A DNA stretch of 64,000 bases from positions 126,418,001-126,482,000 of the forward strand of contig OZ024743.1 in assembly GCA_964016885.1 (NCBI GenBank), given 5' to 3'. The notes under the pieces are model-generated. The model worked only from the letters and a program-made list of their open reading frames with translations. It searched no databases and had not been told where the DNA came from. This document shows, piece by piece, positions 1 through 13,549 of this stretch (positions within the stretch are counted from its first letter, which is position 1; each line of letters starts with the position of its first letter). The position numbers and the translations under genes are program-made. Origin of the DNA: Eledone cirrhosa. Taxonomy: Eukaryota.

Positions 1-831
1 CACATCCACTCTCTATCCTTCTCTAAAAAAAAGAAAGATAGGCCCTGCCATGTTCAAAGTGTCCAAGACACGCCATATGTCATCACGGCGCCCTACAGCG
101 CTACTACGAATTACAGATACATACATACCTATACGTTTTCACATAAACACAACCCCTTCAATATGTTTCCTATATCAAAAGTCTTCCTCAAATTTAAAAA
201 CCTATTTTTAGAAGAATCTTCCATTTGGAATTAACTAAGGTGTAAGAAAATTACTTTTAAATAAATAAATTAACACTGAATATATTAACTTATTTCTTCA
301 GAGTTAACATTCGCAACTTTTGATTAAGACAAGATTCCACCAGAGATCCTTTTTTTTTTTTCTTTTTCAATCAGTTTGTTTTACATGTTCTCGTTTTTAA
401 TACACAAGCACAACATTCGTAATTCCTCACCAATATCTATTCAATAGATTATGAATAATAATTTTATAACCGGTTGCCACTCACATTTTTACGTAGCTAT
501 TCTTTTTATAAAGTTGTGTATATTTCGTGACATCATAAAGCTATCTAAGATGGTGTGCAAAACTTCATACAGTGGTTAAGTCTCGTATGGGCAAATATAG
601 AGCTTCTCTCTAGATTGATACCCAACGACAATGGACACATCGTAATCTTACATGAACCATTTATAACTAGAAGACAACATTGCATGACTTCTTTAAAGTG
701 ATCTATATTGAAACATTTCTTCACTAAACTTTGTACGAAAAGAAGTTTAATATTACAAACCTGAGAGTGTCAAATAATAAACAGGAAATTTTGTAACCGT
801 GCAATATTTGCATATTTTATGTTTCAACTTG

Positions 832-1025
832 ATAATTGTTTCTACTTTAGGCACAGGGCCAGCAATTTGAATGGGGGGGGGTCGATTAAATCGACCCCAG
901 TACACACTGGTACTTTATTTTATCGACTCCGTAAGGATGAAAGGCAAAGCGAACCTCGACGGGATTTGAACTCAGAACGTAAAGGACCGTAACTCTGTTA
1001 CAAAGCATGTTGTCCGACGCTCTAG
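832..1025 (-). mobile_element. tRNA-derived SINE, family A
   Basis: Reverse complement has B-box-like GAGTTCAAATCCC, core GCCTTTCATCCTTACGGAGTCGATAAAATAAAGTACCAG and tail TGTGCCTAAAGTAGAAACAATT; about 10 related copies in the window. Confidence 0.85.
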
Positions 1026-1119
1026 AGCTCAAAGGAGCCCTAGTAATGAGACTATGAGGTTAAACATGTATAAGACGACTTTACAATTTGCGCGGGGAGT
1101 TAAAACGATCAGCAATTAT

Positions 1120-1228
1120 TTACGGGGTTGATAAAATAAAGCACCAGTAATGCACTGAGGTCGATTTAATCGACATTCCCCACCCCTTCAAACTGCTGGC
1201 CTTGTGCCTATAGTAGAAACAATTATTA
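1120..1228 (+). mobile_element. SINE family A, 3' half
   Basis: TTACGGGGTTGATAAAATAAAGCACCAG...CTGGCCTTGTGCCTATAGTAGAAACAATT matches the other copies. Confidence 0.8.
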
Positions 1229-1329
1229 TAGGGGGAATAAATAGATAGATGTTGCAATGTTTTAAGGAAATGAATAAATAATATATTTTATTTAACAAGC
1301 AAACCTTTGAACAATATCTAAACATAAAC

Positions 1330-1626
1330 ATATACGGATGTCGCGGTAAACGTGAGGATCACCGCTTCCGTTGACGAACGGAATAAAATCTTAAAATATC
1401 AACTAACTGTTTTTTCCAGCCTGTGGTGTTCGAGACGTTTGGTGCAGCTGAGCCACTGACAACGAAGTTCTTGTCATCGTTAGCCTTACCAAAGTGTCAG
1501 ATGATGACCGTGAGGGTGCTTGGTTGTTTCAGCGCCTTAGCCTCGCCATCACCCGCGGTAATGCTGCGAGCATGTTGGCTTGCCTCAAAACCTTTCGATG
1601 GCTCTTGTGGATGTGTGACCGATTAA
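1330..1626 (+). pseudogene. CRE-clade non-LTR retrotransposon relic, C-terminal restriction-like endonuclease region
   Basis: Frameshifted translation ASVDERNKILKY...FQPVVFETFG...REGAWLFQRLSLAITRGNAASMLA matches the E..K..KY / F.P...ET.G / FQR.S.AI.RGNA terminus of CRE-type RLE elements. Confidence 0.7.
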
Positions 1627-1729
1627 CACACTTAGTGTTGAATTTATGGTTTCTTTTTGTTTGATTTTATTTTTTCTCTTGTTTTGATCATATATTTTTG
1701 AGCATTATATTTATAAATTTCCTAACAAC

Positions 1730-1913
1730 AATGAATTGTATCGGTAAAGCGTCAGACACCGTGCTTTGCTGCATAGAGTTATGGCTCTTTACTCTGCGTT
1801 TTAATCCCGTCAAAATTAACTTAGCCTTTCATCCTTACTGGGTCGATAAAATAAAGCACCAGTAATGCACTGGAATAATTGCTGGCCTTGTGCCAAAAGT
1901 AGAAACGATTATT
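1730..1913 (+). mobile_element. SINE family A
   Basis: GCCTTTCATCCTTACTGGGTCGATAAAATAAAGCACCAG core and family tail; extra tail fragment at about 1968-2027. Confidence 0.8.
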
Positions 1914-2304
1914 ATGTTTATATTTTCATTCTGTAAAAAGTATTCATTAAGTATTATATATATTGTCTAAAGTACCAGTAATGCACTGGGTAATTGCTGG
2001 CCTTGTGCCTAAAGTAGAAACAATTATATATATTGTGTCTATACTATATTTTCATTCTGTAAGCATTGGTGATAATAAATGATGTTTAACATAGATTCAA
2101 ACAGACTGATATCAAATTCGCCGGAAATACTTTGAAAGAGTTATTTGTAGAGAGACTTATTCTCAGTATAAAAAAGCGAACATACACAAAGAAAAATTCT
2201 CAGAAATATATAACTTACTATCGACAAAATTTTCCTTCAATCAACTAAATCCAAGACACCATCAATAACATGAACCCACTACCATAACAAACATCACAAC
2301 CATC

Positions 2305-3790
2305 TTTTCTTTTATTGTCACGAAGCCATCAGATAAAGAAATAAAAAAAAGGGGGAGAAATGTGTTCGAGAATTTATATAAAAACCGGACGCATGAAAAA
2401 TATTATAGTATACACATACGTAATAAAGTTCTCAAAGGGGATGACATCCACCAAAGGCTAATAGGGGAACTTCACATATTCAGGATTAAACTGACTATCA
2501 AAGATAAGGCCCTCTTCCAGTTGTATTCTTCGCCCTACTGGCACACGCTAATAGTAGGCCCATTTACTCAGACCATGGTCATCGCTTTCACCCATCTTTC
2601 GACAAATTTACTGGAGGGAAGCACCGTCATCTCTCTCTCTCTCTTTCTCTTTCTTTCTCTCTTTCTCTCTCTCCGAGTGAAACTTGTAATCGTTTCTCAT
2701 AGCTTCTAGAGCAGGGGCTCCCAAAGTGGTTGATGGGGTTACTCTGAGGGGAAGATCTACTGAACTGTTTTGTTCAAAACCTGACTTTTGTATAAGAAAT
2801 GAAAAGATAATACAATTTTAGAACTCGCTTATACAAGTTTCTGATATTTATATAATTAGTCTATTTCTGTTTATTGATTGATTGATTTTCGTGCCTGCTT
2901 GGATTAGGGGTCAATGATTTTATAGCGGGATCTGTGGTCTAAAATGTTTTGAGATTCCTGCGCTAAATAGAGGAAATCTGTCTACCAAAGGAAGATAGTA
3001 GAGCAATCTTCAAGATTGGATTCGACCGATATTCGGCTCTGTCATACGCGTGACAACAACTGTTGTGACAAAACTCTAACTTAGCGAAACTTACAAATTG
3101 AACGAGGAGTGCGGAATGATTTCATCAGTTTGCGTACATCTCGGACAGGCTTGGGTAACAGCATTTCTGTGTCTGTAGAATTTATTTCGAGAGTGTAATA
3201 CTGCCAGGCCGTGGATTTTTTTAGAAGTTATCCATAGACCCTAGACTGAAAGTCAGAACCGGATTAAGTCCGTGTTTTTACCAATACCTTAAAATGGTGC
3301 TCCCCTTCCCTTGACCCTCTAAGCATATACTTATATTGGCTAATGGTTAATCCCGCCATGCCAAAAGTTCTCCTGGACAAACCAATCGTTTCTCGTTGAT
3401 GGCCAGAATTTTCCCCGTAACGTTGTCAGTTATCTCCATCGTTACTCCGCTATAGAATGATTGCTAACGTGGAAGTACCACCTGTAGAATGCTTTAATAT
3501 AAGGCGGGGAAAGCACGGCAACATTCAAGATGCCAAGTGCCCATTTTTTATCTTTGCTTGACCGCCAAAGACCGAGATGGAAAGCATATTTGACAAAGAG
3601 CAACTACACCTTCTCACCATCCAGGAATCTCTGCAGATGCTGCAGCTTCAGTGTATTCCTACACTTCATAAGGCACAGAATACCCAATCCTCCGTGCAGA
3701 GCGTGTTGGCAGCTGATAACTCGTCTGGGCAATGAGAAGCATCCCGTTCACAGAAGTGAAAGAGCAGACGCTCCGATATGGTTAAACAAG
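2305..3790 (-). mobile_element. Degenerate L1/Tx1-like LINE, 3' part
   Basis: Homologous to 16780-17822 (CTCGGACAGGCT...TTCTGTG.CTGTAGA; GAAGTTATCCATAGACCCT; TTCACCCA.CTTTC.ACAAA); interrupted by a MITE. Confidence 0.7.
2712..2960. mobile_element. hAT (Charlie-like) MITE inserted in the Tx1 relic
   Basis: Ends CAGGGGCTCCCAAA / TTTGAGATTCCTG are imperfect TIRs; left flank TCTAGAG; no clean TSD. Confidence 0.5.
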
Positions 3791-4024
3791 AAATTGACGC
3801 AAAGCTCGATGGTCAGGAGGTAACATATAAAGGGATAAGGTGTACTGTAAATTCACCTGCACAGATTCTGATTTGTACATTACCTGGTGTCAACAAAGGT
3901 AGAACTACGGGTTCATTAACTTGCTGAATAGACAAACTGCCTGGGAAGGAATCCATTGGAAAATTCGTTATGAAAAGTATAGCAAACAACCGCATACGGT
4001 ATACTTTTCACAATACATCTCATA

Positions 4025-4500
4025 AAGGCGCGTGACCAAAGAGTTAGGGTGTTGTCTCGCGATCGTAATGTTGTGGGTTCAATTCCTGGATTACGCGGTG
4101 CGTTGTATTTTTGAGCAAAACAATTTATTTTACATTGCTCCAGTGTACTCAGCTGAAAATGAGTACCAGGAGCAGTGGGGGGAAGGGGGTTAATCCCGTG
4201 TAGATTGGTGTCCCATTGAGGCAGCGTCGGATTTACCATTTTGTACTTAGGTGTGCTTAAGCACAAGGCCCAGTTGGCCGAGGCGGAAGAGCATCTTCCT
4301 GCCCCAAAAATGTTTTACCTCCTTCGGTGTCCAAGTAAGGGGTCTCATAACATAACTTACACAGGGCCTCATTTGTCCTTAATCCTGCACTGCATCCGTG
4401 AGAGTGTCTTGTACATTGTCTCTTATCGTCAATGAACCTAGAGCATGCTGCTCCAGCCTGATGAACATCCAAGCTCGAGACAGACTTTAACCTTTTTTTT
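4025..4500 (+). mobile_element. tRNA-derived SINE related to family B, split by a MITE
   Basis: tRNA-like head ...GTGGGTTCAATTCCTG then TTGAGCAAAACAATTTATTTTACATTGCTCCAGTGTACTCAGCTG. Confidence 0.65.
4222..4392. mobile_element. Small TIR element (hAT/Tip100-like MITE)
   Basis: Ends CAGCGTCGGATTTA / TAATCCTGCACTG are imperfect inverted repeats. Confidence 0.45.
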
Positions 4501-4727
4501 TTTGTGTGTGTGAAAAGGTTGAGATCCACTGACCTAGGCTTTTAAATTATGATATAATAGATTGCAAATAGTCTTCCTATGTTTTAGCCGAATAATCTCA
4601 AACTTCATATTTATAAAAGTAATATTGACAGTTTTACATTCAACCACTGTTTCTATGAAGGCCAGTGTCTCAATTATGGATGTATGTGTGTGTGTGTTTA
4701 TATATATAATATATATATTCATACATA

Positions 4728-4826
4728 CACAGTGTCCCCCAAAATGTATACACACTTCAACATCATTCTGATAAATATTGCCTGTACAGGTAATCAAAGT
4801 GTGTATACATTTTTGGGGACACCCTG
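4728..4826. mobile_element. Tc1/mariner-type MITE (~100 bp)
   Basis: About 30-bp TIRs GTGTCCCCCAAAATGTATACACACTT / AAGTGTGTATACATTTTTGGGGACACCCTG in TA-rich flanks. Confidence 0.75.
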
Positions 4827-5129
4827 TGTATATATATATATATATTATGTTGCACATATAGAGGAAGGCATGTGCATGTGGTGGGGTTAATCCGTAGATG
4901 TTCACATATTCCATGCATAAAATACAGGGATAGGTCCACTTTAAAACGTACGTTATTTCATTGAATTAGGCACGACTGTGTTCAGGTATATTCTACGTGA
5001 TGTAAAAATTAATTTTCGTGTTTACATTAGTCTGACTGGCCGGGGATGCTTTGATGAATGAATGAGTCCGCTCCTGTGTGAATGTTATCAGTTTTCATAT
5101 ACACTTATATATGTGTATGTCAAAGTATG

Positions 5130-5244
5130 TATATACATACACACGCACGCACACACACACACACAAGCATATATGTGTGTATATGATTATAAATATACAT
5201 ATATATTCTCACACACACACACACATATATACATATATATATAT

Positions 5245-5293
<49 letters not shown>

Positions 5294-5310
5294 CATATAT
5301 ATATATATAT

Positions 5311-5388
<78 letters not shown>

Positions 5389-5399
5389 TCTCTCTCTCT

Positions 5400-5482
<83 letters not shown>

Positions 5483-5491
5483 TCTCTCTCT

Positions 5492-5539
<48 letters not shown>

Positions 5540-5570
5540 GATATAGATATATATATAGAGAGAGATATAT
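5130..5570. repeat. Compound microsatellite with higher-order unit (TC)n(AC)n(AT)n
   Basis: The three-part block recurs about 5 times. Confidence 0.95.
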
Positions 5571-6002
5571 GAAATTTACTATATATCTAACTCTAGTCTC
5601 TATCTAGTTATTTGTGTACCTACTTTATCTATTCTGCCTGATGTCAATTTATCTGTATCTGTGCTTAAAGCTATGTATATATGCGTGTATGTGACAGTAA
5701 CTATATATAGCATTTCTTGTGTTTAGAAAACCTATTACTATTATATACTATTAATGCCATTCCTGTTCCTATAGACCACATACTGTTGATATCCAATATG
5801 GTTATCAATACCATTGCTTTGATCTATGTGCAACGATCGGTGAAAAATATATTTATAATAACAATTCCTTAATCCTTTTGTCATTTCGTCATGTGCTTTT
5901 TCCGTGCTCTAAAATGTTGGTAATCTTTATCACTTCAAGAAACACAGCAGCATTTCACAAGAGCCACACGCATGAGTGTATGTATGTGCGTGCATGCACA
6001 CA

Positions 6003-6123
<121 letters not shown>

Positions 6124-6489
6124 TTATACATGCATCTATAGGTATGTGTGTGTGTATATACATTTTACATTTCCTGTCCGTTGCAGCTAGGGAATATATA
6201 AAGTGTGTGTGTGTGTATATTATATATATATTGTGCTTCTGTATATATGTATGAGTATATATGTGTGTGTGTGTGCAGTGCGCTGGGTTTTTTAATATGT
6301 TTTAAACGTTGTTTTATGCTAGAAGATAAACGACATGAAAAAATTATACAGCAAGTGAACATAAAATAACAAAAACAAAATAACATAACAGTAATTTTAA
6401 CAGCAGCAGCTGCCATAACAATAATAGCAACAACAACAGTAGCAGCAATCATTAAATGGACATCAAGTTTAAGAAGGGTGTTTACATAC

Positions 6490-6607
6490 TCAATATAGGC
6501 CAACTAGCCAACTGGCTTAGTTCTACAGCCACTTGGGCATCGCAGCGGAATTCATCCAAGCGATCAGTCCGTGTGGACATGGTTCGGGCGGCGGCACTAG
6601 TGGCCAT
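6490..6607 (-). CDS. Probable first coding exon of an unidentified host gene (MATSAAARTMSTRTDRLDEFRCDAQVAVELSQLASWPIL, phase-1 donor)
   Basis: GC-enriched segment not matching any repeat in the window; ATG at 6607 with an upstream in-frame TGA; 39 open codons ending at donor A|GTATGT; CA and CT microsatellites upstream. Confidence 0.5.
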
Positions 6608-6803
6608 CCAATTGATCTCTGCTTCATACAGGCGAATGAATGAACCGAACCGAATGCCTGGCTCCTTTTGCCGATAATGGTGATAGTGATAATAGTGGTG
6701 GGTGGTAGTCCGTCAGTTAGCTAGGCTGTGCAGTCAAATAGCTTCAGTCCATTGCAAACGCATCAATCCTTTCTCTTCGCTGTAAATACCAGAACTCGTA
6801 AAC

Positions 6804-6841
<38 letters not shown>

Positions 6842-7139
6842 TATTTGTATATGTCAATATATATATATATATATATGCACGCGCAAAAAGCTGCGGTGGA
6901 CACAGAGTGATGAGGTGGTAGTGTGTTCTTGGCGTTATTGTTGATATCAATGGATGAATGGTTTGCTATTGTTGAAGATATTTAAAGTCCAGGCCTCTTG
7001 TCGATCAGACACTTCTGTTTATATTTCGTTATTATTATTCAGCTTAACGTAAAGAGAATAGGAAGCATAATATCCACCTGTCTGGCTTTCCCCAATACAT
7101 TTTCCGTTCACTCATTCTTTCTCCATCTGAATTTCTCTC

Positions 7140-7228
7140 CCTCGTTTCTCTCTCTCTCGCTTTCTCTCTCTCTCTCTCGCTTTCTCTCTCTCTCTCTCTC
7201 TCTCTCATACACACACACATACATACAT

Positions 7229-7323
<95 letters not shown>

Positions 7324-7328
7324 CACAC
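7140..7328. repeat. (CT)n(CA)n microsatellite
   Basis: Direct reading. Confidence 0.97.
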
Positions 7329-8012
7329 AAAAATATATACCCTCCCACTATGTCACTTCTTTGTCCATTCTTCTCTCGCTTCCTGCACGTCTTTTTATTC
7401 TCATCGTTCTTTTCTTTTCTCCATTCCGTTTTAAAAGACTTCAATTATCTTTATATATTAGTCTTTCACTTCTACTTTCACGCTTCCTTTATTCCCCTCC
7501 CCCTTACTCTGACATTGTGTTACTTCTCCCACCCACCCTGTTTAATCCTTCTCTCGTCGTTTGTTCTCTCAATTTCTTATTTCCTCCGCACACACCTCTC
7601 TCTCTCTCTGTCTCTCTCTGTCTCTCTCTCTCCCACACACTATTATAAATCGAACGAAATGGCACACAGATTTATATGTACACACGTAATATATATTTGT
7701 TGTAGTTGTTTCATATACATGTTTAACCTTCTTGCTACCTTCTCGTTACTAAACCTCTTTTGATCTCTATTAATTAGAAACTGGAGATATGCAAGCATAC
7801 ACGGCCACAACATTTATTAAGGATTGTTCGTTTAGTGTCATGTACAATTTGGGTGAGGAGTGAAAAGTCTAACGTTTCTGATCCTTGCCCTTCAATCATG
7901 AGCTGTAAATTGACCAACAACTACTGTATTTTTCGGTGTATAAGACGAATTTTTAACTCTAGATATTCGACATAAGAAATCTGTCTGTGTCCTAATTACT
8001 GAAGATATGAAT

Positions 8013-8198
8013 ATAATTGTTTCTACTTTTGGCACAAGGCCAGCAATCATTCCAGTGCATTACTGGTACTTTATTTTATCGACCCCGTAAGGATGAAAGG
8101 CAAAGTTAACCTCGGCGGGATTTGAACTCAGATCGTAAAGGCCCGTAACTTCATGCTGCAAACCATGGCGTCCGACCCTCTAACGATACTGCCAATTC
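8013..8198 (-). mobile_element. SINE family A
   Basis: Full-length match to the family core and tail. Confidence 0.85.
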
Positions 8199-8519
8199 AA
8201 GGTCCAGGGTTTATTTTAAGGAAATTTTAGAGCAGCACGTATTTTTGAGGCAGTTGCCATGGCCCAGTGTTTGATGTTCTCTGACTCTGAGAAGCATTTG
8301 TAATGGATATTTTAGCATTTTGACAGTTTTAAGTACTTTAGCCTTCATTTAAGTATTTGACACAAAATGTAAACTCAGTGTACAAACTTAAATTTAGAAC
8401 TACAACTCAATGTACAAACTTAAATTTAGTCTAACCCATGCTAGCGTGGAAGATGTTAAAATAATCACTGACAAGGTTAGAAATTTGGGAGGCAGGGGAA
8501 GAAATCGATCAACAAGACC

Positions 8520-8730
8520 CCAGATCTTAGTTGCTTATCGAGTGGGTGGAACTTGTCAAATTGGTTCAAGGAAACACTGTTGCCATTGGTCTTTCCATTA
8601 CTGATACTATCTACCGGTTGCAACTCCTGGCAGAAAGAACAACGTGAAATAAAGTGTCTTGCTGAAGGACATAACACATTGTCCACTCTAGGAATCAAAC
8701 TCGCAACCTCACAATTTCTCAACCAATTCT
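8520..8730 (-). mobile_element. SINE related to family B, degenerate
   Basis: GTGAAATAAAGTGTCTTGCTGAAGGACATAACAC...GGAATCAAACTC is the reverse complement of the family B head/body. Confidence 0.6.
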
Positions 8731-9559
8731 CTAACCTCTAAGCCACACTTAGGTAGTGTAAAGTCAATTAAATTAATCCCAGTACTTGACTGGTACTTTA
8801 GTTTATCAGCCATAGGTATTGTAGTTATTGATAAGAAGAAAGTGTGTGCCTGGTAATTGATGTAGCTTAGACATTTCTTACTAGAGTTTAGAATAAAAGG
8901 AGAAAGAAAAAGTGAAAATCTTACACTGACCTGAAATATGAAATCTTCAAGGGTCTGAAAAAAAGAAGTTGCCATTTGTCATTGGAGTCCTGGAAACAGT
9001 GACAAATAATTTGAAAGTCAACATTGGATAGCTAATCCTGAATCTGGGAATGGATGTGGTGCAAAAAAGTTGTTTAATTGAAGCAACAAGAATTATCCGA
9101 AAAATCCTTGACACAAAGTGAGGACAGTTATGGTTAAAGTGTTCAAATTTAAACTTAAACTTTGGACGGAAATCTCATCATTACATGAGAGATAATGTTA
9201 GATTTCCTTTGTTAAATAATCGTCTTTTATTAAGTTGAAAGTTATTGCACTAAACCTCTCATAATTGTTGATTTTTTTTGATAATCAAAATACAAAGGCA
9301 GTATATTCTTGTTAGAAATATGGTCGGAAAAGGGTTAAATGCCTAAGACAAGAGCCCCTACAACTCCAATAGGAGTTCAGGGACTCTGCATGCAATACGA
9401 ATATTGATATTTTTCTTCGAAATATGGGTTGTATCTCATATATACGTTTTTTATCATTTTATCCTGTCCATTGAAGAGCAAAAATTTAAAATGTTAGGCT
9501 CCTCAATGTTCCTTCTATCATCATCACCACCACCACCACCCCTTTTGTAGCTATTTTTT

Positions 9560-9960
9560 CTTACTGACATAGGTTGGATGGCTCTTTTCCAGTACATCCT
9601 CCCTCCAATTGTGTACCTATTTGAGGTTTAATGTTTTGAGATCCATTCTCTCCATTACTTCATTACTTCCAAGGTTTTCCTTGGTCTTCTTCTACTACAG
9701 CTTCCATCCACTTAGAACAAACCAATGATCATCACCCATACACATCACATGGTTATACTTGCACGGTCTCTCTTGCACACTACATTTAATTCTTCTTATA
9801 CTCATTTCTCCTAGCTCATCAATACCCTGTTCATGCATATTAATATCACACATCCATTGAAGCATGCTCGCTTCATTTCTCTCCAACCATTGCATATCCT
9901 CTGCATTTCCTGTCCATGTTTCACATTCATGCAATATCACACTTTGCATACATGAATTAC
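9560..9960 (-). mobile_element. RTE LINE 3' fragment
   Basis: LHECETW...LERNEASMLQWMC...VQER matches the RTE ORF C-terminus of other copies. Confidence 0.8.
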
Positions 9961-10054
9961 ATAGTCACCCATAGTAATCAATGTGTGCAAAAATATGTTG
10001 TGCAATTTTTTTATCTTTACTGTGACAAAAGTGTGTGTGTTCTCAGTGAATGAT

Positions 10055-10683
10055 AATAATAATTGTTTCTACTTTTGGCACAAGGCCAGCAATTACCCAG
10101 TGCATTACTGGTACTTTATTTTATTGACCCCGTAAGGATGAAAGGCAAAGCTAACCTCGGCGGGATTTGAACTCAGAATTGCAAGGACCGTAACTCTATG
10201 CGTCAAAGATGGTGTCCGACCCCCTACCAATACTGCCAATCCACCGCCCAATAATAATGGTTTCTGATTTAGGCACAAGGCCAACAATTTCAAGGGAGAG
10301 GAAAGTCGATTAAATCGACTCCAATGCATTACTGGTACTTTATTTTATCGACTCCATAAGGATGAAAGGCAAAGCTAACCGCAATGGGATTTTAACTTAG
10401 AACGTACAGGGCCGTAACTCTATGCTGCAAAGCATGGTTTCTGATGCTCTACCAATTCTGCCAATCCTCTGCCCTATCATTATTATTATGCGGTGGATTG
10501 GCAGTATCAGTAGAGGGTCGGACGCCATGTTTTCCAGCATAGTTACGTCCCTTTACGATCTGAGTTCAAATCCCGCCAAGGTTGACTTTGCCTTTCATCC
10601 TTACGGGGTCGATGAAATAAAGTACCAGTAATGCACTGGGTAATTGCTGGCCTTGTGCCTAAAGTGGAAACAATTATTATTAT
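10055..10683. mobile_element. Cluster of three family A SINEs (10055-10250 minus, 10252-10475 minus, 10490-10683 plus)
   Basis: Three matches to the family core, separated by (AAT/ATT)n tails. Confidence 0.88.
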
Positions 10684-12099
10684 GTCAACCTCTCCATGAT
10701 TAAATAGGTTGAATCAGTCGTCTCCAACACAGCATTTTACCATTTGAACTTCTTTGTCATCTCCTTTGGGAGTTTCTACATCCTAAGATCTGCTATATCA
10801 ACACCTTTTAACCCTTTCATTACCATATTTCTAATTAAGTACACTCTATTTCAAAGAATTTTAAAGGATTTACTAAAATGATAAATTATTTCATTACAGA
10901 GATAGTAACTTAACATATGGTTTTTATATAAAATTATGTTGAAGATTTAAATTTAAATAGGAACTCTTTAATATGGGCTGCTTTGCAGTGGTTTTAGCTG
11001 GGTTGATATCAAAAAGGTTAAAAAGCAAATGATGGCATTTGTTTATGTCCTTACATAAATAATACATTCAGCTCTCTATCCTATGTCCCCATTTGATCGT
11101 CAGTCATTTTATAAGGTGTACTGAGTGCATTTTATGATAGCACCAACACTAGACAGGTTGTTATGTTCGCTGCAAGGCAATGGGGACCTCTCCAGTAAAG
11201 GGAAATAACACAAATGAATCAATGGCAGGAATTTGAATAAGTTAAGGGGTGATTACTTAATTTAGAAAAGATGAAGCTCCTATCTCCTCTGTGTTTTATC
11301 ATCATCATCATCATCATCATCATCATTTAACGTCTGTTTTCCCTGCTAGCAAGGGTTGATCATCGTCATCATTTCACCATTGAATGATATCTATGATATC
11401 TGATATTTATAAATTGTTGTGTCAGAAATGACATGAGATCAAGATGTATATCAGATGTCAACCTACGCAAGTGTGGAATAATAAACAATAATAGAAAGAA
11501 AAGTAAAGGAAGAAAAGAAACCAAGAAAAAAGAAAGAAGTAATGTCTCATATAGAATTCATTAATTTATGTTCTCAATGAGTTGCATAGTTTTCCTTGAG
11601 CATTATTTCAAGATGATTTATTCCAGATATTGGCTAATGTATATACAAACAGTCCAGACTAGTATTACTCAAAGTGGGTTCAAAGAAATTATGCTTGCAT
11701 ATAAAGTGTGATATTGTATGGTAACGAGACAAGGGCATTGAATGAAGAGAGTGTATGGAGAATAGACTGTATGATGCCTGTGTATGTAGTCTGATGTTGT
11801 ATGGTTGTGTGATATGGGCATTGAATGCAGATGTGTGAAGGTTGGAAAAAATGGCATGAGCATGCTTCATTGTTGTTGGTGTCATTACTGCCACAATTGC
11901 TGTTTAACATCTGTTTTCTCTGCTAGCAAGGGTTGGATGGGTCAACATAGACCAACTCAGTACTTAATCGGAACTACTGACCTCTTAGATGGGCCAGGTA
12001 CTGCATCTCATTTATATATGTTCCCAAACTTTACAGGGTGCACCTTCACTGGATTTTTTATGTTAGTGTGCATGAACAATGAAATACAATGGCCATAAA

Positions 12100-12385
12100 A
12101 GAAATCAGATACAGTGTACATGACAGAAGATTGTTCTTTTATGGACATGTGATGCCTATTGATGATGATTGTTGAGTGAAGAAGTGTCCAAAATTCCTAA
12201 TGGAAGGAAGCCTTAGTAGAGGAAGACCAAAGGAAACCTGGGCAAAAGTGATGAGAGCTGATTTCAAGTTGCTGAACTTCACTGAGGAGATGTAAAATGA
12301 ATGCAACAGGTCAAGAGTAGTTGTCTTTGAAAAGATCCGTCCAACCCATGCAAGCATGTAAAAATGATGATGACAATGACGATGA
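12100..12385 (+). mobile_element. RTE LINE 3' end
   Basis: YGHVM...RGRPKETW coding remnant, then CCAACCCATGCAAGCATG and (ATG)n tail. Confidence 0.8.
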
Positions 12386-13549
12386 TATATGAATAGGTTG
12401 TCTTTAAAAACAAGTTTTATTTCATTTACTGTCTTACTAAAATTAGAGTGGCAAGAATTTCCTGTACACTATGGGTATGGGTTCTGTATTTTTGGAGAAT
12501 TGTATAAGACTTCTATGACAAAATACACTTAGGAACCACTGGTCTAGGCTAAGAGAACATCTAGGGTTCTAACCATACCAAACCTGTTAAAACTCACCCC
12601 AGTCAAAATTGCAATCATTCAGTTTTTATATTCACATGTACTTTCTTGGGGTTAATAAACCTGAATTTATTTGAAAGAAAGGTTAGAAATGCCTTCTTAT
12701 ATAGTATTAATTCGTATCCATTATTGTGTCTTGGGTGGTGGTTGTGTCATGTCAGTTCAAACAATCTACTACTGGTAATCATGTAAACCAGTTTCATGTA
12801 AACCTGTTTCATGTAAACCTGTTTCATAGTTAAGTCATTAGCAACTAGATCAGCAGTGCCACTCTAGGCTCTTACTCTGGTGTGTAGGTGGACACCCTGA
12901 TAGAACAAAAAAAACAGTACCTGCCTGCAAGGAGTTAACAGCCATCTATCAAATCTAAAAGTGAAGCAGACCTTCATTTAGGTGTCTGGGTCTAGCATTG
13001 CTGGCTCTCTTGGCAACTCTAGCACTTGGTTGTCTCTCTCTCGGTTTCTGTTCTAAGTCAGAGAGATCCAAGTGAGAAAAGGTGAGAACCACCCAAGGGG
13101 ACTTAAATCAGTCCTGGTTAGAATTATTGTCATCATCTTAACTTTAAGTCACTTCATCCACAGATGTAAACTATGTTCAAATGCATGGATTATAAGAGAA
13201 AGGTTCAGCAAATACATTAGTCCAGGGCCTGGAGAGCTAAAAATTGTAATAAAACACCAGATAAAAGAGATGGAAGAGGCTTTGTAGCTGGTCCCAGTAA
13301 AATAGACTCTCAGGCTATTTAACTGGTAAGAGTGTCAGACAACATGAGTTGCGGCCAAGTGAAGACAATTGTTAAGACAATTTGAATTCCTTTCTACCAT
13401 TAATTGTTAAAAACTAGTTAAAATCATTTAGTCATCATCTTATTATAATTCTGTTTGTGTTTTGTCCATCCGTAATATACATTACGCTTTAGTTTCATAC
13501 ACACACATCTACTGAGTTCCATGGCTTAAGAGTTTTAACAGAGTCAAAT

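Noticed and set aside
3884-3923. 40-nt AG...GT-bounded exon candidate on the minus strand
   Set aside because: Splicing to the 6490 phase-1 donor gives an immediate stop; no other support
6456-6677. Plus-strand 73-aa ORF
   Set aside because: No recognisable motif; the minus-strand exon with a donor site explains the segment better
12690-13140. Possible LINE 5' UTR with an HDV-like ribozyme (also 26250-26560)
   Set aside because: Could not build the nested double pseudoknot by eye; left unannotated
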